A stretch of 33,000 nucleotides of DNA, taken from assembly GCA_976226885.1 (NCBI GenBank), contig OZ320313.1, positions 149,482,001 through 149,515,000 on the forward strand, read 5' to 3'. The notes beneath the pieces are model-generated. The model saw nothing but the letters and a program-made list of their open reading frames with translations. It ran no database searches and was not told the DNA's origin. Position numbers and translations under genes: made by a program. Source of the DNA: Iphione sp. A-MEVVRFRX5. Its lineage: Eukaryota. Numbering within the stretch: position 1 is the stretch's first letter; each line of letters begins with the position of its first letter. Below, one piece after another: positions 11,741 to 23,039 of the stretch.

Positions 11741-12479
11741 TGAGTTCATGATGCAGCAAGTAGGACATGGAGGTGCGGTCATGATGCACACCTGTTACGG
11801 CGGGTGAATTCGGGTTCTCTCCTCTATGTTTGTGCGCCTTTTCCACAGCCACCTCCACCCAACCTTCTCTCAACCATTACCACAAGTTGCACTTTACATA
11901 TCCAGCGCCGTTCTCAATTTCTACCACGTACATCCCAACGCACGCATCCATTTTTTTATTCACCTCCCCTGCCTGACTTTCCCCATTGCCACTAACCCCA
12001 ATCTACCTTCAATTTCCACCTCGTCCCAAAGTGTCCCTTGCTTATCCAAACCTTCCTCTCCTTCTACCCACTGCAGCGGAAGTAGCCAGATAATCGCCAC
12101 CGCCGCAGTCCCCGCCGCCGCCGCCGACGACGACGAGGAGAGCTTGTTCTCGGAACGGTGGATGATTTAACACAGGCCCCTACCGACCCTGCCGACCCTG
12201 CCGCTCCTGCCGCCCTCACCCCCATCTCTTACCCGTCCAACCCCTCCTCCATTTCCAACCCCTCTGCGCCTAGTTCACCAACCTTGACTGCGCCCCCACC
12301 GCCGAGGACTAATGCATATCAATGAACGTCTCTGATGGGCATAAATCCAAGGACCCCGCGCCCGCCGCGTCTCATCCGTATACCACGGAGAGAGAGAACC
12401 GACAGTCTTATTACAGTCTGTTATTAAAAGTACTTGCCTGCATCACGTACCATAGAAGGACGACGGACAGACTGTGTTA

Positions 12480-12788
12480 GGCCGTGTTCACATGCACATG
12501 ACAAAAAATACGTCCTTGCATGCGGGTATGGAGTATACCCCCTGTAGATATTGTTGTTAATTGCCCACATATGTTGGCCAGATGTATTTTTACTATAAGC
12601 TCCTATGGAAATCTGCATCCGTGTCCAGACAAAACCCATGATTCATGGATAGAAATCCGGATCTGCATGCAGGTGTGGAAAAATCTGTGTACATGTGAAT
12701 CTGTGTAGTGGTATTAGAGGGTTTGGAGAAAACCTGCATCTGTGTCCGGATGCGGAATGGAAAAACCCATGTACATGTGAGCAGGACC
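12480..12788. mobile_element. PIF/Harbinger-like MITE
   Basis: Left GGCCGTGTTCACATGCACATG and right (rc) GGTCCTGCTCACATGTACATG form imperfect TIRs. TTA on both flanks (12477-12479, 12789-12791) matches the 3-bp TWA TSD of PIF/Harbinger. Confidence 0.85.
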
Positions 12789-13008
12789 TTATTACAGAGT
12801 TCTTTTCATAGGTAATACCTTCACCCATGAGGGGTATAAGTACCCTACCTTTCCAGTGAAGTGAAATTCTACATGACGTTTGGTACACAGATAACGGACT
12901 AGCACAGCATGTTGATCTCTCTCTGGAGAAAACGTCTCTTCCAAATAAAGGGTATATTTTGTATATACTTTTTGCTTGAAGGGCATTCCCTGTGTGTTTG
13001 TGCCCAAG

Positions 13009-13893
13009 ATGCTATCACCACAGTTACCTGCTGCACTGCTTGAAGACGTGTTTTCATTAGTCAGTCCTGAGGTAGCCGGGTGTGACCTGCTATTTTTGGA
13101 GTAGACATGTGAGCTTCACTGCACCGCAGGAGCACCGCAACAGTCAATTTCTGAGGTCGCCCCTTATGACTTGCTTAAGCTTTTCTAGGTTATTCAGAAG
13201 GTCATAACATAGATAATGCGAGGGAAGGCAACAAAACCAATCGGTTAGGAGGTGATAGGATACTTCCATCCCTATAAAGTTGATGTTGAATAGCGGCTTA
13301 TTGAACATCTATATCTTGATCAAACAACTGAAATTCAGATAGATTGTATAAATACTAGCCTGGTGTCTCGAATATAACGTTATAAACTCACAGAACATGG
13401 CATGAGAAAAATAATGTTTGAATTGATCCGATACTTAACAATTAATAAATTCATAATTCGTATGACGGAACATATTTGGCTTCATACATGGGTATCATCC
13501 TCAATATCTCATTCATATACAGCCGCCAAAGATAAGCCCGAAATATCACTATTGTGAATTTATACATAAGATTTTGGATATGTATAATTTTTAATATATG
13601 TTACATTTACTGATGATTATTTTCATACCTTTGAACAAATGATCTAAAAAAGCCCGCACTATCCTTGAAAAATTTAGATTAATATCACGAACTGGCCATT
13701 GACCTACGTAAATGCATTAACCTATCTACAATGAATGGGTCACCCAGGGACTCTAGGGAAATCATTGATGGTACTAGATGAGGGCACATTAGGTCGAAAA
13801 ACATGTGTAAGATGCGGCTACTTTTATCACCTCCCAGTGGGCTGTAACAGGCTAATTACACAATCAAAGACAAGGAAGTGTATGCTCACATAA
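13009..13893 (+). pseudogene. Disrupted ORF of unknown function
   Basis: Single frame +1 from ATG 13009 (MLSPQLPAALLEDVFSLVSPEVAGCDLLFLE*...RLIEHLYLDQTTEIQIDC...GMRKIMFELIRYLTINKFIIRMTEHIWLHTW). The first 183 codons have 6 internal stops (5 TAG, 1 TAA). The distal part is stop-rich. Confidence 0.38.
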
Positions 13894-14298
13894 CTTTAGT
13901 ATTTGATTATCCATTTGAAAAAGCCACAATAAATATAGGTAATTGAGATCATTTAAGCAATGTTTTCTAACGCGTATAAAGTGAGGCAATCCACTACTAC
14001 GAAAAAAGCTCACATATACTTCAAAGTATGACCCACTGAATGATTTAACAACTTCGGTATAGCTATTGTGGAACATTTACTAGTTGTACGTTAAGTTTAC
14101 TATTATGATGTTAGGTATAATCGGTGCTAGACCAATAGATAACTTCCAATAAGTTTTAGCAATAAACGTCAAAAAGGGAAAGATTAATTAGGATCCACCG
14201 AACAACATAGATAGTATCTGAATTGGTAATTACAAAATATATTCAACATGATGGGAAATGCTGTCTGGAAGTCAGCACCTGAACTGACTGTGTGATTG

Positions 14299-15226
14299 TC
14301 AGGGCCTTGTAAGACCCGCCCCTACCCCACCGACGGTACCTGTAAAACACAAGTAGTCTACATAGCCATCGCAGCCCATCACAGTACACTGGACACACCT
14401 CTTAGCCCTAGGGGGGATGCTACTATTTCGGTGAAGAGCTATGGGGCATTGTAATTCGCCGTGATTTGCTTTTTGAATTATACACTACACGTTATTGAAC
14501 AATTACTGGTGACTCACTATCGAACAATCAATCCTTGGTGAGGCAATATCTGCCTTTTCACTTCTTTTCGGTGAAGCATTGTTAAACACCGGTGAAGCAT
14601 TATCTAGAAGGCCCTGACGCCCTGTGCTTACTACTCTCCAAGTGGGTTGTACAAGAGCCATGACGCCTTCAGCCTTGCTAGCACGGGTCTGCGGGCTCAG
14701 GCGGCAATGCTACATGGATGCAATGCCAGCAAACTGTGCTTGTACAGAGCAGCTCTGACGAAGGTAGCGGTAACTTCATCCGACTGTAAGCTTCGTAATG
14801 CATCACTAGCTTTCTTGGTCCTACCGTGGCTTGATGGGCACTATTGGTTGGCCTCTTTCAGCCCTGGCCCCGCTCTAGGCATCTACCCATACACCCTCTC
14901 CTCATCTCAAGCCTTTTCCTTCACAAGAATATTTTGAAGGGGGGTGTCAGAGGAGTCATAGGAGAGAAAACCTCACATTTCCTCGGGAATGCCAGCTTCC
15001 TCAGCAAGACATTTCTTATAAGTAAGCAAATAAGGAATAACAATGAAACACCATTTTGTTTGATTATGTTCAAGATAAGACAGGATCGAGCAACTTGTTG
15101 GCTAGGTCTGACAGGCAGCTAGCGAACTGTTTTTTTTTCAATGCAACCCTGAACTCGCAGATAATCTTACATGCTTATCCGCTCTGCTATAACATGAATA
15201 ACAACGCGTTTGATCATCAGAGACAT
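14299..15226 (-). pseudogene. Disrupted ORF divergent from the recombinase, with SP repeats and a C-terminal Cys cluster
   Basis: MSLMIKRVVIHVIAERIS / QFASCLSDLANKLLDPVLS / YKKCLAEEAGIPEEM*GFLSYDSSDTPLQNILVKEKA...ASDALRSLQSDEVTATFVRAALYKHSLL / LLDNASPVFNNASPKRSEKADIASP...KRCVQCTVMGCDGYVDYLC. An in-frame 21-bp duplication at 14569/14590 supports coding. Three frameshifts are needed. Confidence 0.42.
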
Positions 15227-15277
15227 GCCGCATCAGACACTGACTCTGGAACCAAGACTCTGAGCCACTGACCCAGA

Positions 15278-16068
15278 ATGTCAAGCCGACAGGGAGGCCC
15301 AGCAGTGAGTCCAGGCCAATCGATTTATCGGTCTAGGTGTTATTCATCCATTAAAAATTAAATGTCAGCTTTTGTGTATAACTGCAAGAGCTATGGGCCT
15401 GAGTTACAAGTGTATGGCAATTACCACATTTCAGAAGTTCTGACATGGATTCAGCGACTAAGGAGTCGTACTGTGAAAAGAGCATATGCCCTTACTCTGG
15501 ATGATTTGAAGTTGCATTGCTGTTTTAATGTTAAAGACATTCGGGGTAGGTTGATGTGACTGGCCTTTTGGATGGCCTTTCGCTGCTTACTCAGGAAAGA
15601 GATGTACATTAGTTCCCGAGGTCTGAGGTGGGAGGATCTAAGGTTTATGGATAGGGGTGTGCTAGTGAGGATTAATAGGGATAAGACCTTCGTGGACGGT
15701 TCTAGAGAATATGTTCTTCCTGTTGCTTTTTGTACTAGCAAAGCTTTGTGTCTAGTAAGCTGGCTAAAAGCGTGGAAGCTGTTATGTAAGGGGAGAGACA
15801 GTGATTTGGTCTTTCTCTTTTTAGGAGAAGAAATGATATAAAACTTAAAACTAAAGTTTTTTCCGAAGCCTGTGATGCATGTAACCTGGTGGATGTGACC
15901 TCACATTCATTCAGGATAGGAGGTGCTTCCTTTTTGTCTCAAAATATTGTTATACTTCAAGAGTTACGTTTTAGGGGAGACTGGAAGTCAAGTAGCATAT
16001 TTGATTATTTAGATTTGAATGCTGATCGTATGCTTGCCTGCGATTCCAAACTTTTTTCTTCCTTTTAA
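15278..16068 (+). pseudogene. Tyrosine recombinase (phage-integrase fold), DIRS/Ngaro-type, disrupted
   Basis: Frame +2 from ATG 15278: ...RGRLM*LAFWMAFRCLLRKEMY...LRWEDLRF..VLVRINRDKT...LCLVSWLKAW. It shifts near 15830 to frame +1: KVFSEACDACNLVDVTSHSFRIGGASFLSQ..LQELRFRGDWKSSSIFDYLDL...*. Catalytic R...K...HxxR...W...Y are all present. Two internal stops and one frameshift. Confidence 0.93.
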
Positions 16069-16090
16069 TTTGGGTTTGGAGGTATTGCCA

Positions 16091-16357
16091 AGCCCACTTC
16101 CTTGTCTGTGATCATTACTATACTATACACAAAGTATAAATAGGATATTTATAAATATGTATGTATATTGTTGATTCTCATTGGTTAGTTGTTATGAGCC
16201 TGTTCCCCATGCCAATATTATTCCAGTGTCTATGACGTACGCTCATTCTTCTCAACTGCCACTCTCAGTTGAAATTTTATTTTTTCCTTGTGGCTTGTTG
16301 TTTTTATATTAAAGAGTCTTTTCCGAGCCCACGTCTTTGTCTATCATCATTACTATA
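16091..16357 (+). repeat. 32-bp imperfect direct repeat pair immediately 3' of the recombinase
   Basis: AGCCCACTTCCTTGTCTGTGATCATTACTATA (16091-16122) vs AGCCCACGTCTTTGTCTATCATCATTACTATA (16326-16357), 28/32 identical. Confidence 0.88.
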
Positions 16358-17802
16358 TAACATACATACATATTAAATAAGATAAAGAATTATCTAAATT
16401 AAAATGACCTCTTACTACCTATAAATAGTTCATTTTACCACATGTTGATTATTCAACCGTGTTCTTACCATGTAACTCTCAAAGAAACTTATTAAGACTG
16501 CAAAGAATATAAAACAGAGCTTGAGGTATTATTGATATATGATATAGTAAAAATTAAAGAGTCATTATTCAGGGAAGTGGACACACGGAACAACTACTTT
16601 AAAAATACAGTGTAATGAGCATACCAGGAAGATGATATTGTTTTTGGTTATGTATTATTCAAAATGTATTAATATTAGGGTTATTATCTATCAAGAAGTT
16701 GGGCGCAGTGACAAGACATTCTGCTGGGATATCCTCATTTTTATTGAAACTAAGAAATGAACAGATTTAAAAATCGATTTATCATACTGCCACAAAAATT
16801 TGGAATAGCATTCATCCTCTGTGTTGAGACAATGGAGACATAATTGACTTCAGAATCTCTGCCAGGCTTCTGTCATCGAACTTATAATACTTATATTGGA
16901 TTGTTTTGTGGATGTGCATATATTTATGTGCTGTAGGTGTTATAACTTTAATTTTCTATCCATTTTTTTGGTATTAAATCATTATTATTTCATTGTATAT
17001 GTATAAATATCAAAAGAAAAGTAAATGTTATGAATACTTCTACATGTAAAAGGAGGTATTACCTATTTTGAAGTACTTTAACTGGCTACATTCAGTTATT
17101 CAGTAGTTGTCTTTTATTTATAGTAAAATATTGATTTTGATCACGGCCCTGGAATTCTTCAGAAATAAATATTCAATTACGCATCAAAACATAACATATG
17201 CAATTTTCTGCAGTGTCCTAAATGGCAAGGTTACCATGCTATACTAAACTCTACTACACTATTAATTACTAGAATAATATTATCAAACCGATATTGCCAT
17301 ATCATCCTCAACACAGAGAACATAGTTTCTTAGATCTTGTCAACTAGTGTGTACGTCAACCTGGATTTTATATTTTTTATCGCCATGAAGTTTACTATAC
17401 AATGTATTTCCTGTATATCGTCTCAGTAAGAACGGTATAACATCTCAGAAACTCCATTCAATTTACATTATCGTAATTGAACGCAGGTTTGCAAATGTAC
17501 AGAAAGGTTGTAAACAAAACAGTAAATCAAAGTACTGATGGTCTGACAGGTTTGACATATTTACCATCGTTCGTAAGTACTTAAAAGTTAACATGGTAGG
17601 GATTTATATACAAGTATGTTTCATGATAAGCGTTTGAAAGTAAATGTGGAATTTGTGTCATTTCTGAACTGTGCAGATGCAAATCCCAACTGATTTGGAT
17701 CGAATTTAGCTTTGTATTAGTAGACTTAAACATCGCCACATGTGAAAAGGATATAAATAAACACAGAAGCATATTCCTACAAGGATGAATAGTTTTTTTG
17801 TA

Positions 17803-18261
17803 ATGAGGTTAACGATACACTGCAGCAACAGATTCTTGTCCAGCTTCGGTTTTATTGCAGAAGGTGTCCTTTCAGCTTTGCAGTCAGCAGGCAACAGGTA
17901 GGCGATTCTGCTTAGTGAGCATAATTATGCTCTCTGTCTATATAATAATGAAAGAATAACCATACAGTTCTGACTCTGAATGTTAATTGTTTAACCTTAT
18001 GTTGATACAGCCATACAAGTCATAATATCTGGACAGTTGTCCATTGCGTAATTAAGCTGTCATTGTCAGCATCGGTATAGTAAACCCAAACACATCTATT
18101 AGACTTTATTCTGTATGGTCTTCTATTGTAACATGAGGCATGTGCTGTATTATGTCACCCACTGCTACCGCCAGCACCACCTAGCTGCAATGTGGGAGAG
18201 AGTGAAAATTTTATCTACTCTATGCATCTCACTACTAAGATTATTTCTTAAAGATTTATGA
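17803..18261 (+). pseudogene. Possible disrupted Cys/His-rich ORF
   Basis: Frame +1, ATG to TGA, 153 codons with 6 internal stops. Contains SCHCQHRYSKPKHIY*TLFCMVFYCNMRHVLYYVTHCYRQHHL. Confidence 0.28.
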
Positions 18262-18275
18262 TTGTATACTTTACA

Positions 18276-18979
18276 ATGGACAGAGCCATAACAGTTTACA
18301 ATAAAGTACCTATGCCACATGTTAATGCAAATCAATCAGAACAGTATATTCGAATGCAATATAACTGACAGTTTCCTAGACAAGAGTACCTGTATACCAA
18401 AGTGGAATAAAATAATACAGCTACTTCGTAAACAGGGGTCTACCTGTACCCGGGTTGGCCCCTGTTTTAATGAAGACAGTCATAGATTATGTGGCTCTTC
18501 TGACAACAGATGCTGCAGTTTGTTAGACTATTTCCAATAATATATAAGCAACCAGTACCTTCCCTATGTATAATAAAATCTACAGATAAAAAGTGGAGGC
18601 GATTAAACATATAGATGAAGAACAGGGCAGGACAGTCTTCAAATAACATCGTCTATCCAAATGTGTTCTATCATTTATATCACCTGTTCCTATTCGTATT
18701 GCTCCTGTCTTGACGCAGTTCTACGTGTTTGTTGTATTCTACACGCTCCAGGAGAGATATGCAGCAAGGCAGTTGCCGCTTTGGCGCATATCTGAGGGGC
18801 GCTATAAATAGACAGAACGGCTCTTGTGTTGCTTGCAGTTGCCAATAAATACTACACCATACAGGTTGGATTCGGGGAGCGCTAGTGGATCCTTCTACGC
18901 ACCAAGTGATAATCATACTGATAGCAAAATGACGGAGATAGTTATTGCCACTTTAGCACGTTGTCATGTTCTACAGTGA
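18276..18979 (+). pseudogene. Disrupted ORF of unknown function
   Basis: ATG 18276 (MDRAITVYNKVPMPH), then frame +2 18416-18979 with 5 stops in ~188 codons (YFVNRGLPVPGLAPVLMKTVIDYVALLTTDAAVC*...KVEAIKHIDEEQGRTVFK*...YTLQERYAARQLPLWRISEGRYK*). Confidence 0.38.
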
Positions 18980-19600
18980 GATCTTTAGCCGCCTCTTTTC
19001 CAGTTTCGTGCCTTCCTTCCGTTTGTTGTTCATATATTGGCCACATACCATCTTATCTAACTCCAGTTTTCTTGTAACAGCAGTACATCTCTATGCATTT
19101 CGACCTTCTTTCATTTTATAGACCCTAGTTTTAGACAATACATGTATTGAACCTGCTTTATGTGTCATGGCAGAGATAGACACTAAGCAATGGGTTTATA
19201 CCTCAACATCTTTTCGTGATAGAGTGCATCAAAATGTTGCACAAAACTTTGTAAATTTTCATATCTCGGTAATTTCTCAATTATTATTCATTTTTTTACC
19301 AATACTATACCAGCCTGACACAATATGAGTCAAGAACATGGTCCTTTTGGTTCTCATTTCCTCAGCCGCATTTAACTATTTTTTTTTGTCATCAAAGGTC
19401 GTGTATTTTAACCACCTAATTCTCTCAGCTTTTTTTGGTTAAACAACCTAGCCTTTTATTCGAATCTATCCTTAAATACTTAGTCCCCTTGCACTGAGTG
19501 ATTTTTAGTTCAGCTCGGTGGTCTGATATAGAGATTCCTTTACCTTTAGAAGTGTCATATCTCATTCGATGAAATACTGCCTACATACAAATAGAACCTG
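18942..19600 (-). pseudogene. Possible disrupted ORF convergent with the previous one
   Basis: Purine-rich minus strand. Fragments: FHRMRYDTSKGKGISISDHRAELKITQCKG, EKLPRYENLQSFVQHFDALYHEKMLRYKPI, WPIYEQQTEGRHETGKEAAKDLTVEHDNVLKWQ*. Confidence 0.27.
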
Positions 19601-21629
19601 TTCATTTATAATCTTCAATAATACACATTTCCAGGAAACCCTGATGCATAATAGTTTTCTGTAAATTTAATTACTGTATATTTCGTATTTTTGGAGTAGA
19701 TAGCACCACAAACAGAAATCTGTTTATATGTTCTTTTTCAGGCTCTATCTTCACAATCGCACAGTGCCACGGCCCTGTGATACAGAATACATTTTCGTCA
19801 ATTTTAAAGTGCAGGTTTCTTGGTTCCGGAGCTTTAGTCAAAACAAATTCTAGAAAGATGGACAGATGACCAGAAGAAAAATGTACAATACTCCCTCCTA
19901 ATGCCCCCTGTGAGGTGGCAGACCAATACCCTAATCTTTATATAGAATTATAGCAATGAAGCAAAAATTTAAGATTCACTTTTATATAATTATCTCCAAC
20001 TATTTATTACTGTCCTAACTCGAACATATCTATACACCATATGTGGATGCACGTACGTATTTGCTTTACAGTCATTGGCAGTCTTGTCAAACCTACAGAC
20101 CAAACAGAGGCAACTAGTAAATGTCAAAATGGCTGCTTTCCAGGTAATTTCACATATTTCTCGGTTGGCAATGCGTGAAAAAACGAAAGTGTTCAGAAGT
20201 TCAATAACTGTTGGACCACAAATAATGCAATAATGACTTAGAATTAATTCTAGAATTATCCCGCAAAGCTGATGAATATTCACTTTGTTAGAGCTTCCTC
20301 AACTGCTAGGAAACATTTGGATCCCGGAACATATTCAACCCAACTAGATTTAAGGTGGCTCTACATATCATATGTCAACCTACAGACGTAAAGTTCTTGC
20401 TAGTAGATCATCAAACTATCTAAAATCTTAATCACCCCCTATCCAGCTTCCCAAACTGATCGTTCAATTCCTCCATACACAATATGCTTGATGATCCCTC
20501 TTCTCAAAATGTGAATTTGTGGTGATTGGTCTGATTGCCTATGTCTAAATTACAACTACATGCTTTATTGTCCTTATGGGCAGGGAACAGCTCCGGCAGG
20601 AGTTTGTATAACTGCAGTGGAACTTCCACTGGACGTCATGTGAACAGCAGTAAATGACAGTTAAGGTAAGTATAGCTCATTTTGTACACTTTTGTATGCT
20701 TAAATGGTCCTATGGTACTTGGTGGAGGTCCAGTTAGTGGTTGGGGAAGGAGGAGGGCGGCACTGGTTCCGCTGGCTGACTGAAGGCTGGACGGGAATGA
20801 GAGAAAGAGAGAGAGAGAGAGCCTTTGTAAATGGAACAGTCCAACACTAGACGTAAAGATGTCGGACAGACTGTCCCAAGCAACTTTCTGTAATATTGTT
20901 CTGGAACAAGGAGCCCTCTCTCATTTTTGATTTGCATTACTCAAGTGAAGTTTATAAACATGGCAATGCTAACCACTTGCTGTTACCATAACTATGTGGG
21001 GTCGCCATTACAATATGCATAATCACTTAAAATGATTGCATATGGCATGCATCTACAGATGTCCAGAGGGCATTCAGTAATGCTTAGCCCAGAATTGTAA
21101 ATCAATGATATATTCTGCAGTGCTGGGAAAATACCATTTCCATTTGCAATTCAATCCTTGTAAAATGTTACATATGATGTCAAACTCTTCATGCACTTTC
21201 AGTATACATATTATACTGCACCAGACAAACCTTTGTAAAACTTTTGTATTCAGGGATTGGTAGTGAATATATAGGATGACTTACACGAAACTAAACAGCC
21301 ACTCCCCAATTCATGGGGAATAAAGGTACTGGTTGTTTATGTTGAGAACTGCTGTTTTTTTCACCTTGTAGCAAAGTCTAACTCAGAACACATGTCAGAT
21401 AGTTTCTGGGGATACTGCCATCTTTAATCAGGAATGGGCAACGACAAGTCCGAGACTGCACGCTTCTCAGGAGCAAACCTTGAGTAAAAATTCAGATCTT
21501 GTAAACCCTAGCATGTTACTGAAATCAGGGGTATGAGCTCTTACATGGGGTTAAAAAATTCAATTTACCCTTTACCCTGAATCAAGGATGATTCTAAGGA
21601 TCACAGCTCACAGGCATTTTTGTTACCTC

Positions 21630-23039
21630 CTATCTAATCGATATCATGTTGCTACACAGATTCACTGTTAGCAAATGGGTGCACTTCGAGTCTTTATCAT
21701 AAGCGTATTATTTGTCGATTCCCAAACAAACTACCAAAGGCATTTGCGTGCTTATATCTAGAACCAACTCAAAGATTTTACGTTGTATTCTGTATATCTC
21801 ATAAATGTACTCCATACAATAAAACATTTTTACATTCCAAATAGCATTTTATACTCTTGAATAATTTTGGATATGACACAGTTGTGTTTCAACATTTTGC
21901 AATGTTGGAGTGATCAATTCTTGTCCACTGCAATGAAAAGATAAATATCGGGAGGTATTTCTACACACTTCATTAACATAGCACAGTAGCATACACGTTA
22001 ATGATTCCTCATCGTAAACGCAACCAGTTTTATGCTAAATGCCGTGAAGATCTTTTGTCCTCAAATGAGACGCTCTAGCCAAAGCCACCTAGAAAGCCTG
22101 GCCAAATAGCTCCAAACGCCATAATTCAAACTCTGTTTGAGCACAGGACTTTTCTCCAAAATGCACCAAAATACTACTAGATAGCGCAAGTGTCTATACT
22201 CGGTTTTCTCTGTAATGTTTCTACCTGAGGGAAAAGCAGAGACACAAGTAGTTTAATACATCTATTCGAATAGTAGTGCAAAACTAGTTCGCGTCTACAC
22301 ATATACATTTTACAATACGAAGATTTCCCCGTATAACATTTAATTTATTAACAGACCCTCAGGATGTGGCTTCAGTTCAGAATTAAACCATCAACTTGGT
22401 ACGCTCAGTGTGGGGTAAGCATACTCAATGTGGAGAAAGTAAAAACATTTACTTGTGACATTCTGTAGATACTAAGGGCAGCATTCTCAAAGTTGATAGG
22501 GTACAAATATCACCCACGTTACGAGGTTTGCTAGGATGATTGTCACTAGTTTTCCAAAGAGTTACGCCCAGCATAATCTCGGTATTATTCCCTAAATACA
22601 AACATTTTCCGTTTGAATTACGCAATGAAACGCCTCCATCTTGTTCCAGCTGCCTTTACTAGATCCATTTTTCAAAAATGGCTGTCAAATAATATAACAC
22701 AGCATCCAAATTCACTATGTTAACATTTTTCCATATCATTTTGTCCTCCTCCCAAAATAATCATCAAACTGGAAGTTTGGGCTAAGGGGAAAAAGGAACG
22801 ATTGTTCACTCGTCGGGGCAGCAGCATCTCCTTGTAAAATACAATCAATCATGGCTATAAATGTCTCGTAGATTACAGGCAGCACGAAGGATGTGGCCGC
22901 AATGTTAAGTCATCGGATATTCATGAAGGGCATTCAGCGTTAAAACGGCCCACAATTTATCTAAGCCATTCGACGCTGCACCCATTTTTTAATTTCAGAT
23001 AATGTCTTTCAAATCTTGAGGTGTGTGGAGGAGCGCCAT
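21630..23039 (-). pseudogene. Possible long disrupted ORF
   Basis: One frame from ATG 23039 has stop-free runs of ~45-65 codons (RQLEQDGGVSLRNSNGKCLYLGNNTEIMLGVTLWKT...; HKTGCVYDEESLTCMLLCYVNEVCRNTSRYLSFHCSGQELITP...). Overall ~23 stops in 470 codons, close to random. Confidence 0.27.

Larger units (their letters stand above)
10200..12170 (-). pseudogene. Probable disrupted long ORF spanning the assembly gap and the (AGG)n expansion
   Basis: Strongly purine-rich minus strand. Fragments: WDEVEIEGRLGLVAMGKV / MDACVGMYVVEIENGAGYVKCNLW*WLREGWVEVAVEKAHKHRG...YLLHHEL [gap] HMYLYRIRADNLVNMEEEHVCFDIGHLE / SGVVDQNGMKGTGICTGKGEEILHIIKRESTEWRISNG. Confidence 0.35.

Noticed and set aside
11318-11873. 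ORFs running through the N gap
   Set aside because: Length and frame across the gap are artefacts of the 145 N. Only the flanking peptides were used.
15142-15190. NPELADNL resembling the RNase H N..AD.LS motif upstream of the YR
   Set aside because: No TDAS, LE or DN motifs in frame, and the frame is full of stops upstream.
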